From: Limisphaerales bacterium
Lineage (GTDB): Bacteria; Verrucomicrobiota; Verrucomicrobiia; Limisphaerales; UBA11358
Assembly (NCBI GenBank): GCA_037200545.1
Contig: JBBCGE010000003.1
Location: 355,948 to 419,947 of the forward strand
DNA: 64,000 nt
Direction of reading: 5' to 3'
The notes beneath the pieces are model-generated. The model worked only from the letters and a program-made list of their open reading frames with translations. It did no database searches and was not told the origin of the DNA. Both the position numbers and the translations under genes were made by a program. Positions 52,536-59,794 of the stretch are shown here, in pieces (the stretch's first letter is position 1; each line of letters starts with the position of its first letter).

Positions 52536-53562
52536 TCACGTTCCCCGCCTTTGCCCGTTTTTCGTATTCTTCCAAGGACGGTAACAGAACTTGCGCTTTT
52601 CGCGCATACGCCCGATGCACTGCTTTTGAGCCATGTCCCAAGTTTTCCATCGCAAACCTTTCTGGATAGCCTGCGACTTTAGCCCGTTCTGCCCACGCGT
52701 AACGGTAGCAGTGCAACGAAACGCCGGAAACACCCGCTAAACGACAACGGCGAGAAAATGCGCTTGCGCGGTCTGATTCCTTTCTGCGCGCAACTTGCGG
52801 GAAAATAAAACCGGTTGCTGGACGTTCACGAAGAATTCTGGCGATTTCATCACCAAAGCGAATCATAGCTTGGCTGTCCGTCTTCATGCGGGCAAAGGAG
52901 ATAGTTTTATCTTTCCAGTCAATATTTTCCGCGCGTAACGAGGCAACATCACTTTGTGAACCGCCCAAGTGCCAAAGCATTTCATAATAATTATTCAATT
53001 CAGGATTATATTCGCGCGCTAAAATCCTTTGATGTTCGTCCAAGGTAATCCCGCGTTTCTCTCTGAACTTTATTTTCGGCCATTGTCGTTTTGGAATGAT
53101 GGACTTTAGGAGCCAATCCATATCCAGACAAAAATTGTGGATGCGGCGCAGATAAATGTTGGTTGAAACCGTTCCGTTTCGCAGCACTTTCAAAAGAGTT
53201 TCGCCCTGCGTTTCAATTATGATTTGATCCCGAATGAGATCAAAAGCCTTGTCTTTGGCCGCCGTCAGCCAGCGCGTTTTGTTTTCTTCCTGTTTTGAAG
53301 CAATCATCGCATCAAAAGCGTTTTGCCAAGTGCGAGTGCTAACGCCTGAATCCGTCCCGGCCAGATAAGCTTTGGCAATTTGCAAGTTCAACACTGGCTG
53401 GCGTTCGGATTGGTTTTTTGCGTCAATAATCTGGTGGGCTTCATCTTCATTGTGTTTGCCAAGGCTGGTGCGTTTGCCTGTTTTAGTATCCACGCAATAG
53501 AATGCTCCGCCGCGAATGCCGCGACGAATTAAACGGAAACGTTTCTTCATGTGATCTTTCAC
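52495..53562 (-). CDS. tyrosine-type site-specific integrase
   Basis: 355 aa and intact. C-terminal catalytic region has HCYRYAW (HxxR) and LGHGSKAVHRAYAR (His...Tyr nucleophile). It lies immediately beside the tRNA-Thr attachment site. Confidence 0.85.
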   Translation of the reverse strand: MKDHMKKRFRLIRRGIRGGAFYCVDTKTGKRTSLGKHNEDEAHQIIDAKNQSERQPVLNLQIAKAYLAGTDSGVSTRTWQNAFDAMIASKQEENKTRWLTAAKDKAFDLIRDQIIIETQGETLLKVLRNGTVSTNIYLRRIHNFCLDMDWLLKSIIPKRQWPKIKFREKRGITLDEHQRILAREYNPELNNYYEMLWHLGGSQSDVASLRAENIDWKDKTISFARMKTDSQAMIRFGDEIARILRERPATGFIFPQVARRKESDRASAFSRRCRLAGVSGVSLHCYRYAWAERAKVAGYPERFAMENLGHGSKAVHRAYARKAQVLLPSLEEYEKRAKAGNVISIVQPEQATSVA

Positions 53563-53659
53563 GCAATCACGAAGATAAAAGAAGCCAGTCCCGAAGTGTT
53601 AAGGGGTAACGGATGGTTTATCGTCCGTTACGCCTAATTCCTACCAGACACCGAAATTG

Positions 53660-53683
53660 GTGTCCGTTTTGGTGTCCGTTGCG
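53660..53683 (+). repeat. tandem 12-bp motif GTGTCCGTTTTG GTGTCCGTTGCG, candidate integrase arm-type sites (right end)
   Basis: Same motif and orientation as 47316-47339. The nearby inverted pair GTAACGGA / TCCGTTAC (53615-53640) contains the same CCGTT core. Confidence 0.5.
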
Positions 53684-53726
53684 GACGCCACGACTCCTAA
53701 ACTACTACTGCACCCACAGTTAAGAG

Positions 53727-53745
53727 TGGAGCCAATGGCCGGGAT
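53727..53745. repeat. att direct repeat, tRNA-proximal copy
   Basis: Identical to 47199-47217 and forms the 3' end of tRNA-Thr. Confidence 0.9.
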
Positions 53746-53801
53746 TGAACCGGCGACCGACGGTTTACGAAACCGTTGCTCTACCACTGAGCTACATTGG
53801 C
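53727..53801 (-). tRNA. tRNA-Thr: tRNA-Thr (anticodon CGU), CCA encoded
   Basis: Minus strand: GCCAATG TA GCTC AGTGGTA GAGC A ACGGT TTCGTAA ACCGT CGGTC GCCGG TTCAATC CCGGC CATTGGC T CCA. This gives a clean cloverleaf (7-bp acceptor, 4-bp D, 5-bp anticodon, 5-bp T stems). Anticodon loop is TT-CGT-AA. Confidence 0.9.
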
Positions 53802-53925
53802 AACTGACTTCCAGTCCGCATCAAAGGGCATTTATTCTGGGAGAGTTAAGATTTCAGGCAAGTTAATTCGGCACCTTTGGACAAATGGCGTTCCATAAGC
53901 GGCTGATCTTCCGGGACCACGCGGG

Positions 53926-54561
53926 TCACTTTTGAGCCGGCGGTTTTTCCTCGGCAACAATATCCGCCGCCTTGACCACGACGTCGCCGGTTGCGGTGTG
54001 GATTGTGATCTGATCGCCAATGATGATCAATCTTCTTCCCACCAAGGTTCGTCCATCTTTCAATTTGAACTGGCTGGGGCGGGTTTTAACGGTCGGGTTG
54101 TCCAAGGCTGTCCACGATTCGGGAACAACTTTTTTGCCGCCGCAGACCGGGCAGACCACGTTGCCGGTTCCGTCGCACACCGGACATTTCACCCTGCCGG
54201 TGCCGCCGCAAATGCTGCATTTGCCGATGTTGACCGGAACCCCGTCCCGCATTTCAACAACGTCGCCGACATGGTTTTGGTTCCATGCCTGATAACCACC
54301 GCCGCTTTTATAAAATTTCCGCCAGACATCGGTGGCTGGATGCCCCGCGACATCCATATGTTCCCAGACGCCCTGCGAAAGCTTCAGGCAATTTCCCGGA
54401 CAATCCTTCCATCCACTGGAGCCGTTGGGACAGGAGGTTTTTCCAACGCCCTGACAGGCGAAACAAGTCTTGGTCTTTTCACCACCGAGCCCGCCGGCCT
54501 TGTCGCAACCGGCAATCAAAGCCACCACCAGCCAGCCTAAGAAAACGAATTTGCCCTTCAT
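53926..54561 (-). CDS. lipoprotein with DnaJ-type CxxCxGxG zinc-finger repeats
   Basis: Lipobox LIAGC. CFACQGVGK near the N-terminus and the triple repeat CSICGGTGRVKCPVCDGTGNVVCPVCGGK. Confidence 0.6.
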   Translation of the reverse strand: MKGKFVFLGWLVVALIAGCDKAGGLGGEKTKTCFACQGVGKTSCPNGSSGWKDCPGNCLKLSQGVWEHMDVAGHPATDVWRKFYKSGGGYQAWNQNHVGDVVEMRDGVPVNIGKCSICGGTGRVKCPVCDGTGNVVCPVCGGKKVVPESWTALDNPTVKTRPSQFKLKDGRTLVGRRLIIIGDQITIHTATGDVVVKAADIVAEEKPPAQK

Positions 54562-54668
54562 AGAATATTAGCCGCCCCGAATCACAATCCCGCGAGTCTT
54601 GCGTATGGAAGAAGATGAAGCCACTATTTGCAACATGATTTTGCGGGAAACTAAGTCCCCGCTTCCCG

Positions 54669-55181
54669 ATGCAGCCACGCCACTTTGAAGCCATCATCTT
54701 TTCTGTAAAGGCCGCCCTGGCGACGGTGGTGGCCGCATTGGTCTATCAGTTTGTGCAATTGCCCGGAGCCGCCTGGGTGGCGGCGGTTTCCGCCGTGCTG
54801 GTGACGCAGCCCAGCATTCACTCCTCGTTCAAGGCTTCGTGGATGCGTGTCGTCGCCAATCTGGCGGGTGCATTCGGCGGCGCAGCCCTGGGCATCGCGC
54901 TTGGACAACCGCTCATCGCCATGGCGGTCGGCGTGTTGATCACCGGATTGGTGTGTTATTTGTTGAAGCAGGACGATGCGTTGCGCCCGGCGTTTGTGGC
55001 CGTGATTCTGGTGACGCTGGCCGGACAGAACGATAAATGGCATAGTTCGCTGGAACGCGTCGCCGGCGTTATCATTGGCTGCCTGTGTGCGCTGGCCGTA
55101 GGATTTTTATTCGACAAACTCTCCGGCTTGTTCAAGCTTTGGAAAAAGGCGGAACAAAAAAGTCACGACACTTCAGAATAA
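54669..55181 (+). CDS. FUSC/ArAE-like small integral membrane protein
   Basis: 170 aa with 4-5 hydrophobic helices and an Ala/Val-rich pattern (AAWVAAVSAVLVTQPS...SWMRVVANLAGAFGGAALG) resembling aromatic-acid-exporter family N-domains. Confidence 0.5.
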   Translation: MQPRHFEAIIFSVKAALATVVAALVYQFVQLPGAAWVAAVSAVLVTQPSIHSSFKASWMRVVANLAGAFGGAALGIALGQPLIAMAVGVLITGLVCYLLKQDDALRPAFVAVILVTLAGQNDKWHSSLERVAGVIIGCLCALAVGFLFDKLSGLFKLWKKAEQKSHDTSE

Positions 55182-55189
55182 TTTTTTAC

Positions 55190-55981
55190 ATGAAACTCTC
55201 GCTAAAAAATCAATGGATCCTCATCACCGGCGCTTCAAGTGGTTTTGGCGCGGCGGCGGCGCGGGCGTTCGGTGCGGAAGGTGCCAAAGTTCTGCTGGGC
55301 GCGCGGCGGGTGGATCGTTTGAAACGGGCGGCGATGGAATCGCGCAAGGCCGGCGCGGCGGCGGCGCATTTTCATGAACTGGATGTTTCCAAAACTGAAA
55401 GTGTCGAACGTTTCATTGCCTGGGCGCGCCAAAAAATCGGCGGACAAAAGCTGCATGTGCTCATCAACAATGCCGGCGGCGCACACGGCGTGGACACCGT
55501 GGCCGAGGGCAAGGACGCGGACTGGGAGGCCATGTTTCAAACGAATGTGCTCGGCGTGTTGCGCATGACCCGGGCGGCGATACCGCTTCTGGCCCGCGAT
55601 GCCGGCGCCAGCATCCTGAACATCGGCTCGGTTGCCGGTCATGCGGCTTATGAAGGTGGCGCGGCATATTGCGCGGCCAAGGCGGGCGAGCTCCAGATCA
55701 CCCGTGCGGTGCGCCTGGAATTGCTCGGCACAGGCATCCGCGTCGGCACGGTGGATCCGGGGCTGGCGGAAACGGAATTTTCCATCGTGCGTTCGAAAGG
55801 CGACACCATCAAGGCTAAAAAAGTTTATGAAGGAATGAACCCGCTGATCGCCGCCGACATCGCAGAGATTCTTGTCTGGATCGCCAGCCGGCCGGCACAT
55901 GTCAACATTGACGAACTCATCGTCAAGCCGGTGGACCAGGCAGCGATCGGCAAGGTGTTTCGACGAAACGTCAAATCTTGA
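55190..55981 (+). CDS. SDR-family NAD(P)-dependent oxidoreductase (YdfG-like)
   Basis: ILITGASSGFGAAAARAF (TGxxxGxG), NNAG, and YCAAKAG (YxxxK). Start set at the ATG at 55190. Confidence 0.85.
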   Translation: MKLSLKNQWILITGASSGFGAAAARAFGAEGAKVLLGARRVDRLKRAAMESRKAGAAAAHFHELDVSKTESVERFIAWARQKIGGQKLHVLINNAGGAHGVDTVAEGKDADWEAMFQTNVLGVLRMTRAAIPLLARDAGASILNIGSVAGHAAYEGGAAYCAAKAGELQITRAVRLELLGTGIRVGTVDPGLAETEFSIVRSKGDTIKAKKVYEGMNPLIAADIAEILVWIASRPAHVNIDELIVKPVDQAAIGKVFRRNVKS

Positions 55982-56053
55982 ATCGTTACATGGGAATTGT
56001 CACTGTTGTTAAATTTTCCGATTCAACCATTTAACAATTCACAAATTCACAAA

Positions 56054-57223
56054 TTAAATTCCCCGGTTCGCGCGCCAGAGCAGCACGGCGCCGACGGCCT
56101 GAAAAATAAAATTCGGCAGCCACACGATCAAGTGTGGCGCGAATTCTGGTCGCGCGGACAGTGATTTGGCCGTCAAAACGAACGCGTAATAAATCAGCAC
56201 CAGTCCAAGCGCGATGGCCACACCGATGTTTGTTTCGCGCCGATGCACGCGGATGCCGAGCGGAATCCCCACCAGTGTGAATCCGAAGCAGGCGAACGAA
56301 AAGGCGATCTGCCGGTTCATCTCCACGCGGATGGGTTCGGTCATATCTTTCCGCGCTTGTGCTGCCAATGCCAATTGAATGCGCTGTTCGGCGGAGTTGG
56401 TCGCGATCGTTGCAGGTAAGCCCAGTTTTGATTCCAGATCGGCCAGTTCCGCGCGCAACTGCCAAAAGGTCATGTCGCTGATGCCCGGCCGGAGATATTT
56501 TTCCGGAATGGTGAAAATTGGAAATGTGTAAAGCGTATCTGGCGAGGAGCTGATGGCCACTCGTTCGCCGGTGGTGATGCTGCGCGCATCATACAGATGC
56601 AGAACCAGCTGTTTATTCACTTTGTCCACGTCCATCCGGCCGCGCGGCGCACTGATGGTCGTGGTCGAGTTCGTTTCGTTTTCCAACACAAAGACCATCA
56701 CGTCCTGTAGATCGCCATTGTGGTTTTTGCCAGTGTAAAAAATATACCGAGGATCAATGTCGCGGATAAACTGCCTTTCCGGCAGATGCGAATTTAACAT
56801 CAAATCTGCGCTTAACCGGGCGAACAGTTTGACATAAGCGACACGGCATTGCGGGCCAAGCTCCATGTTAATCCACGCGCTCAAGCCGCAGCACAGCAGG
56901 CTCAAGAGCAGCACTGGCGTGATGAGTGAGAGCAAACTAATGCCGCTGGCGCGCGCGGCGGTCAACTCCTGATCCGCACTGAACCGTCCAAAGACCAGCA
57001 GCATCGCCGTGAGCAGGCCCATTGGCAGGGCAAAAACCCACACAAACGGCACCAGCAGACCGATCGCCGTGAGCATGGTGTCCGCCCGGGCCCGGCCGGT
57101 GACAATCATGGGCAGGACTTCCTTGAGGACATTGCCAATGAGCAGGACAAACGTGAACACCGTTACCGTTAGAATTAGCGAGGCGAGCACCTGGCGGGTC
57201 AGATAGTTGTGCAAAGTTTTCAC
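56054..57223 (-). CDS. LptF/LptG-family (YjgP/YjgQ) permease
   Basis: Six TM helices with a large periplasmic loop. The N-terminus (V)KTLHNYLTRQVLASLILTVTVFTFVLLIGN is typical of this family. The GTG start at 57223 is preferred over the far-upstream start at 57466. Confidence 0.7.
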   Translation of the reverse strand: MKTLHNYLTRQVLASLILTVTVFTFVLLIGNVLKEVLPMIVTGRARADTMLTAIGLLVPFVWVFALPMGLLTAMLLVFGRFSADQELTAARASGISLLSLITPVLLLSLLCCGLSAWINMELGPQCRVAYVKLFARLSADLMLNSHLPERQFIRDIDPRYIFYTGKNHNGDLQDVMVFVLENETNSTTTISAPRGRMDVDKVNKQLVLHLYDARSITTGERVAISSSPDTLYTFPIFTIPEKYLRPGISDMTFWQLRAELADLESKLGLPATIATNSAEQRIQLALAAQARKDMTEPIRVEMNRQIAFSFACFGFTLVGIPLGIRVHRRETNIGVAIALGLVLIYYAFVLTAKSLSARPEFAPHLIVWLPNFIFQAVGAVLLWRANRGI

Positions 57224-57520
57224 GCAGTCATTAAGCGGATTTACGTCGGCCACACGTTTAAAGGAATCCGGCTGCAAAGTCCAACGGGGATTCCAACAGA
57301 CTGACAAATGGAATGAATTATTTTTTGACCTGATTGCCAACAGTGCGGGGGTGGCAAGCCGGTTCGCCTCAAAAAAACTTGTTGCGTCCGCACGCATTTC
57401 CGCGTAGTTAAGAAGCCGTCGAAGGTTTTGAGAGCCTCGTTTGGTGAGGTTGCTTCCCAAGTTCAATCATTCAAAACAGCAGTTTAGGGATAAATTCCGG
57501 CCTTCGTACACACACAAAAT

Positions 57521-58663
57521 ATGAGCAGTCCAGAAACTAACGGGGACAAGGCACCCAATCACGGTTCCGGTCATTTGGAAATTTCCGAGAAGGGCTTCGG
57601 CTTTTTGCGCACGGCGGCCAATCATTTTCATCCCAAGCCCACCGACATTTTTGTCACGCCCGACACCATCCGCCGCAATTTTTTGCGCGAGGGCAGCCAC
57701 GTCGTCGGCACCACGCAGCCGCCGCATCGCGGCACGAGCCCGCAGCTCAAGACCGTGGAGAAGGTTAACGACCTGTCGTTCGAGGATTACACCAAAGTCG
57801 TCCGCTTCGAGAACCTCACGAGCATTGATCCAATTGAAAAATTTCAGCTCGAAACCACGCCAGACTTGATCGAGACGCGCGTGATTGATCTTGTCACTCC
57901 CATCGGCAAAGGCACGCGCGGCATCATCGTCGCTCCGCCGCGCACGGGTAAAACGACCATTCTCAAACAGATCTGCAACGCCATCACCACGAATCATCCG
58001 GAAGTTCACGCGATGGTGCTGTTGATTGATGAGCGCCCCGAGGAAGTCACGGACTTCCAGCGTTCGGTGAAGGCCGAAGTCGTCGCATCGTCGAACGACA
58101 TGGATCTGGAAACGCACGTCCGTCTTTCACGTTTCATGATCGAACGCTGCCGCCGCATCGTGGAAGCGGGCAAGGACGTTTTCGTGCTGCTCGATTCGCT
58201 CACCCGCGTCGCCCGCGCTTACAACAGCGTTCATGGCGGCAGCGGCCGCACGATGACCGGCGGCGTGGATGCGCGCGCCCTGGAAATTCCGCGCAAGATG
58301 TTCGCGTCCGCGCGAAAAATTGAGAACGGCGGATCGCTCACGATTCTTGCCACCGCGCTCGTGGACACCGGTTCAAGAATGGACGAGCTAATTTTCCAGG
58401 AATTCAAAGGCACCGGCAACATGGAATTGATTTTGGATCGCAAACTTTCCGACCGTCGTTTGTATCCCGCGATTGACATCCCGAAGAGCGGCACGCGCAA
58501 GGAAGAAAAACTCTTCGCGGCAAAAAATCTCGAGGCCATCCGCAAGCTGCGCCGCACGATGGTGGATTTGAATCCCATCGAAGCGATGGAAACGCTCACC
58601 GCCGCGCTCAAGAAGCACAAGACCAACGACGAATTGCTGGCGAAGATGTCGGCAGGTTCGTGA
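57521..58663 (+). CDS. rho: transcription termination factor Rho
   Basis: RNA-binding domain GHLEISEKGFGFLR, Walker A APPRTGKTT, then LIDERPEEV and LDSLTRVARAYN. Confidence 0.95.
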   Translation: MSSPETNGDKAPNHGSGHLEISEKGFGFLRTAANHFHPKPTDIFVTPDTIRRNFLREGSHVVGTTQPPHRGTSPQLKTVEKVNDLSFEDYTKVVRFENLTSIDPIEKFQLETTPDLIETRVIDLVTPIGKGTRGIIVAPPRTGKTTILKQICNAITTNHPEVHAMVLLIDERPEEVTDFQRSVKAEVVASSNDMDLETHVRLSRFMIERCRRIVEAGKDVFVLLDSLTRVARAYNSVHGGSGRTMTGGVDARALEIPRKMFASARKIENGGSLTILATALVDTGSRMDELIFQEFKGTGNMELILDRKLSDRRLYPAIDIPKSGTRKEEKLFAAKNLEAIRKLRRTMVDLNPIEAMETLTAALKKHKTNDELLAKMSAGS

Positions 58664-58697
58664 TGGGTTGAACCATAAATCGTTAAATCGGATTCCC

Positions 58698-59687
58698 ATG
58701 CAACGATGCAACGATGCAACGAAGCATGATTTGCATTCGCGTCCGCCGCTGGAGCGGATGTTGCGCATTCATCAGGCATTGCAGGCGGGCGGATTTCCCA
58801 ACGCCACCAAGCTCGCGCGTCAGGTTGAAGTTTCCACCAAGACCATTCATCGCGACATCGAGTTCATGCGCGACCGGCTCAACTTGCCGATTGAATATGA
58901 CGCCGCGAATTTCGGTTATTGCTATACTGGAGAAGTCAGCAGTTTTCCCACGATGCAGATCACCGAGGGCGAAATCTTCGCACTCGTTGTCGCGGAAAAG
59001 GCTTTGCAGCAATATCGCGGCACGAGCTTCGAAAAACCGCTGTTGAGCGCGATCAAGAAAATGGAGCAGTCATTGCCCGACACCATTTCGCTCAACCTTG
59101 CGGACATCGAACAGACCATTTCTTTCCGCACACGTGCCGAGCCGATTCTTAATCTGGAAATTTTTGATGCGCTTGCCAAAGCCGTCGCACAACGGCAGCA
59201 GTTGGAGTTGCACTACCGCAAGCCTGGTCAGTCGGCGGAGAAGCGCATCGTGGACGCGTATCACCTGGCGAACATCAACGGCGAATGGTATCTCTTCGCT
59301 TACGATTATGTGCGCAAAGATCTCCGAACATTCGTTCCGGCGCGTATTCAATCTGTAAAGCCAACGGGAAAAACATTTGAGCGCGCACAAAAGTTCTCGC
59401 TGGAGAAACGTTTGCGCGACAGTTTTGGCGTCCATTCGGGCGAAGGAGAGTTCGAGGTTGTCATCCGTTTCAACGCACGCGCCGCCGATTACATCCGGGA
59501 AAAGAAATGGCATCCGTCGCAGACTTTGCGCGATTTGAAAGGCGGCGGTGCGGAATTAAAAATGAAGCTTTCCAGCCTAGCCGAAGTGCAGCGCTGGGTC
59601 TTGAGTTGGGGCGGCGATGCCGCAGTCCTCAAACCTGGCGAACTTGCCGAATCCGTCCGTGCCGCCGCTCGCAAAATTCTTCAGTGA
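58698..59687 (+). CDS. HTH + WYL-domain transcriptional regulator
   Basis: N-terminal wHTH RMLRIHQALQAGGFPNATKLARQVEVSTKTIHRDIEFMRDRL. WYL-like core VDAYHLANINGEWYLFAYDY. A WCX-like C-terminus. Confidence 0.75.
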   Translation: MQRCNDATKHDLHSRPPLERMLRIHQALQAGGFPNATKLARQVEVSTKTIHRDIEFMRDRLNLPIEYDAANFGYCYTGEVSSFPTMQITEGEIFALVVAEKALQQYRGTSFEKPLLSAIKKMEQSLPDTISLNLADIEQTISFRTRAEPILNLEIFDALAKAVAQRQQLELHYRKPGQSAEKRIVDAYHLANINGEWYLFAYDYVRKDLRTFVPARIQSVKPTGKTFERAQKFSLEKRLRDSFGVHSGEGEFEVVIRFNARAADYIREKKWHPSQTLRDLKGGGAELKMKLSSLAEVQRWVLSWGGDAAVLKPGELAESVRAAARKILQ

Positions 59688-59794
59688 CTGTCCTGATTTT
59701 CAAATTTCTGCCTAAAGCCTGTGAGTAGTGGGGCATAAAAGCTGCTCGGAACCGCCACGTGCCGTTCATTGAGGCCGAATCAGAATAAAATTGT

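Larger units (their letters stand above)
47199..53745 (-). mobile_element. ~6.5-kb integrative element in tRNA-Thr carrying a type II-C CRISPR-Cas9 locus, a tyrosine integrase and an excisionase-like gene
   Basis: An exact 19-bp direct repeat TGGAGCCAATGGCCGGGAT lies at both ends (47199-47217 and 53727-53745). The right copy is the 3' end of an intact tRNA-Thr. The integrase gene sits next to the tRNA. The interior is visibly more AT-rich than the flanks. Tandem 12-bp motifs lie just inside both ends. Confidence 0.85.
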
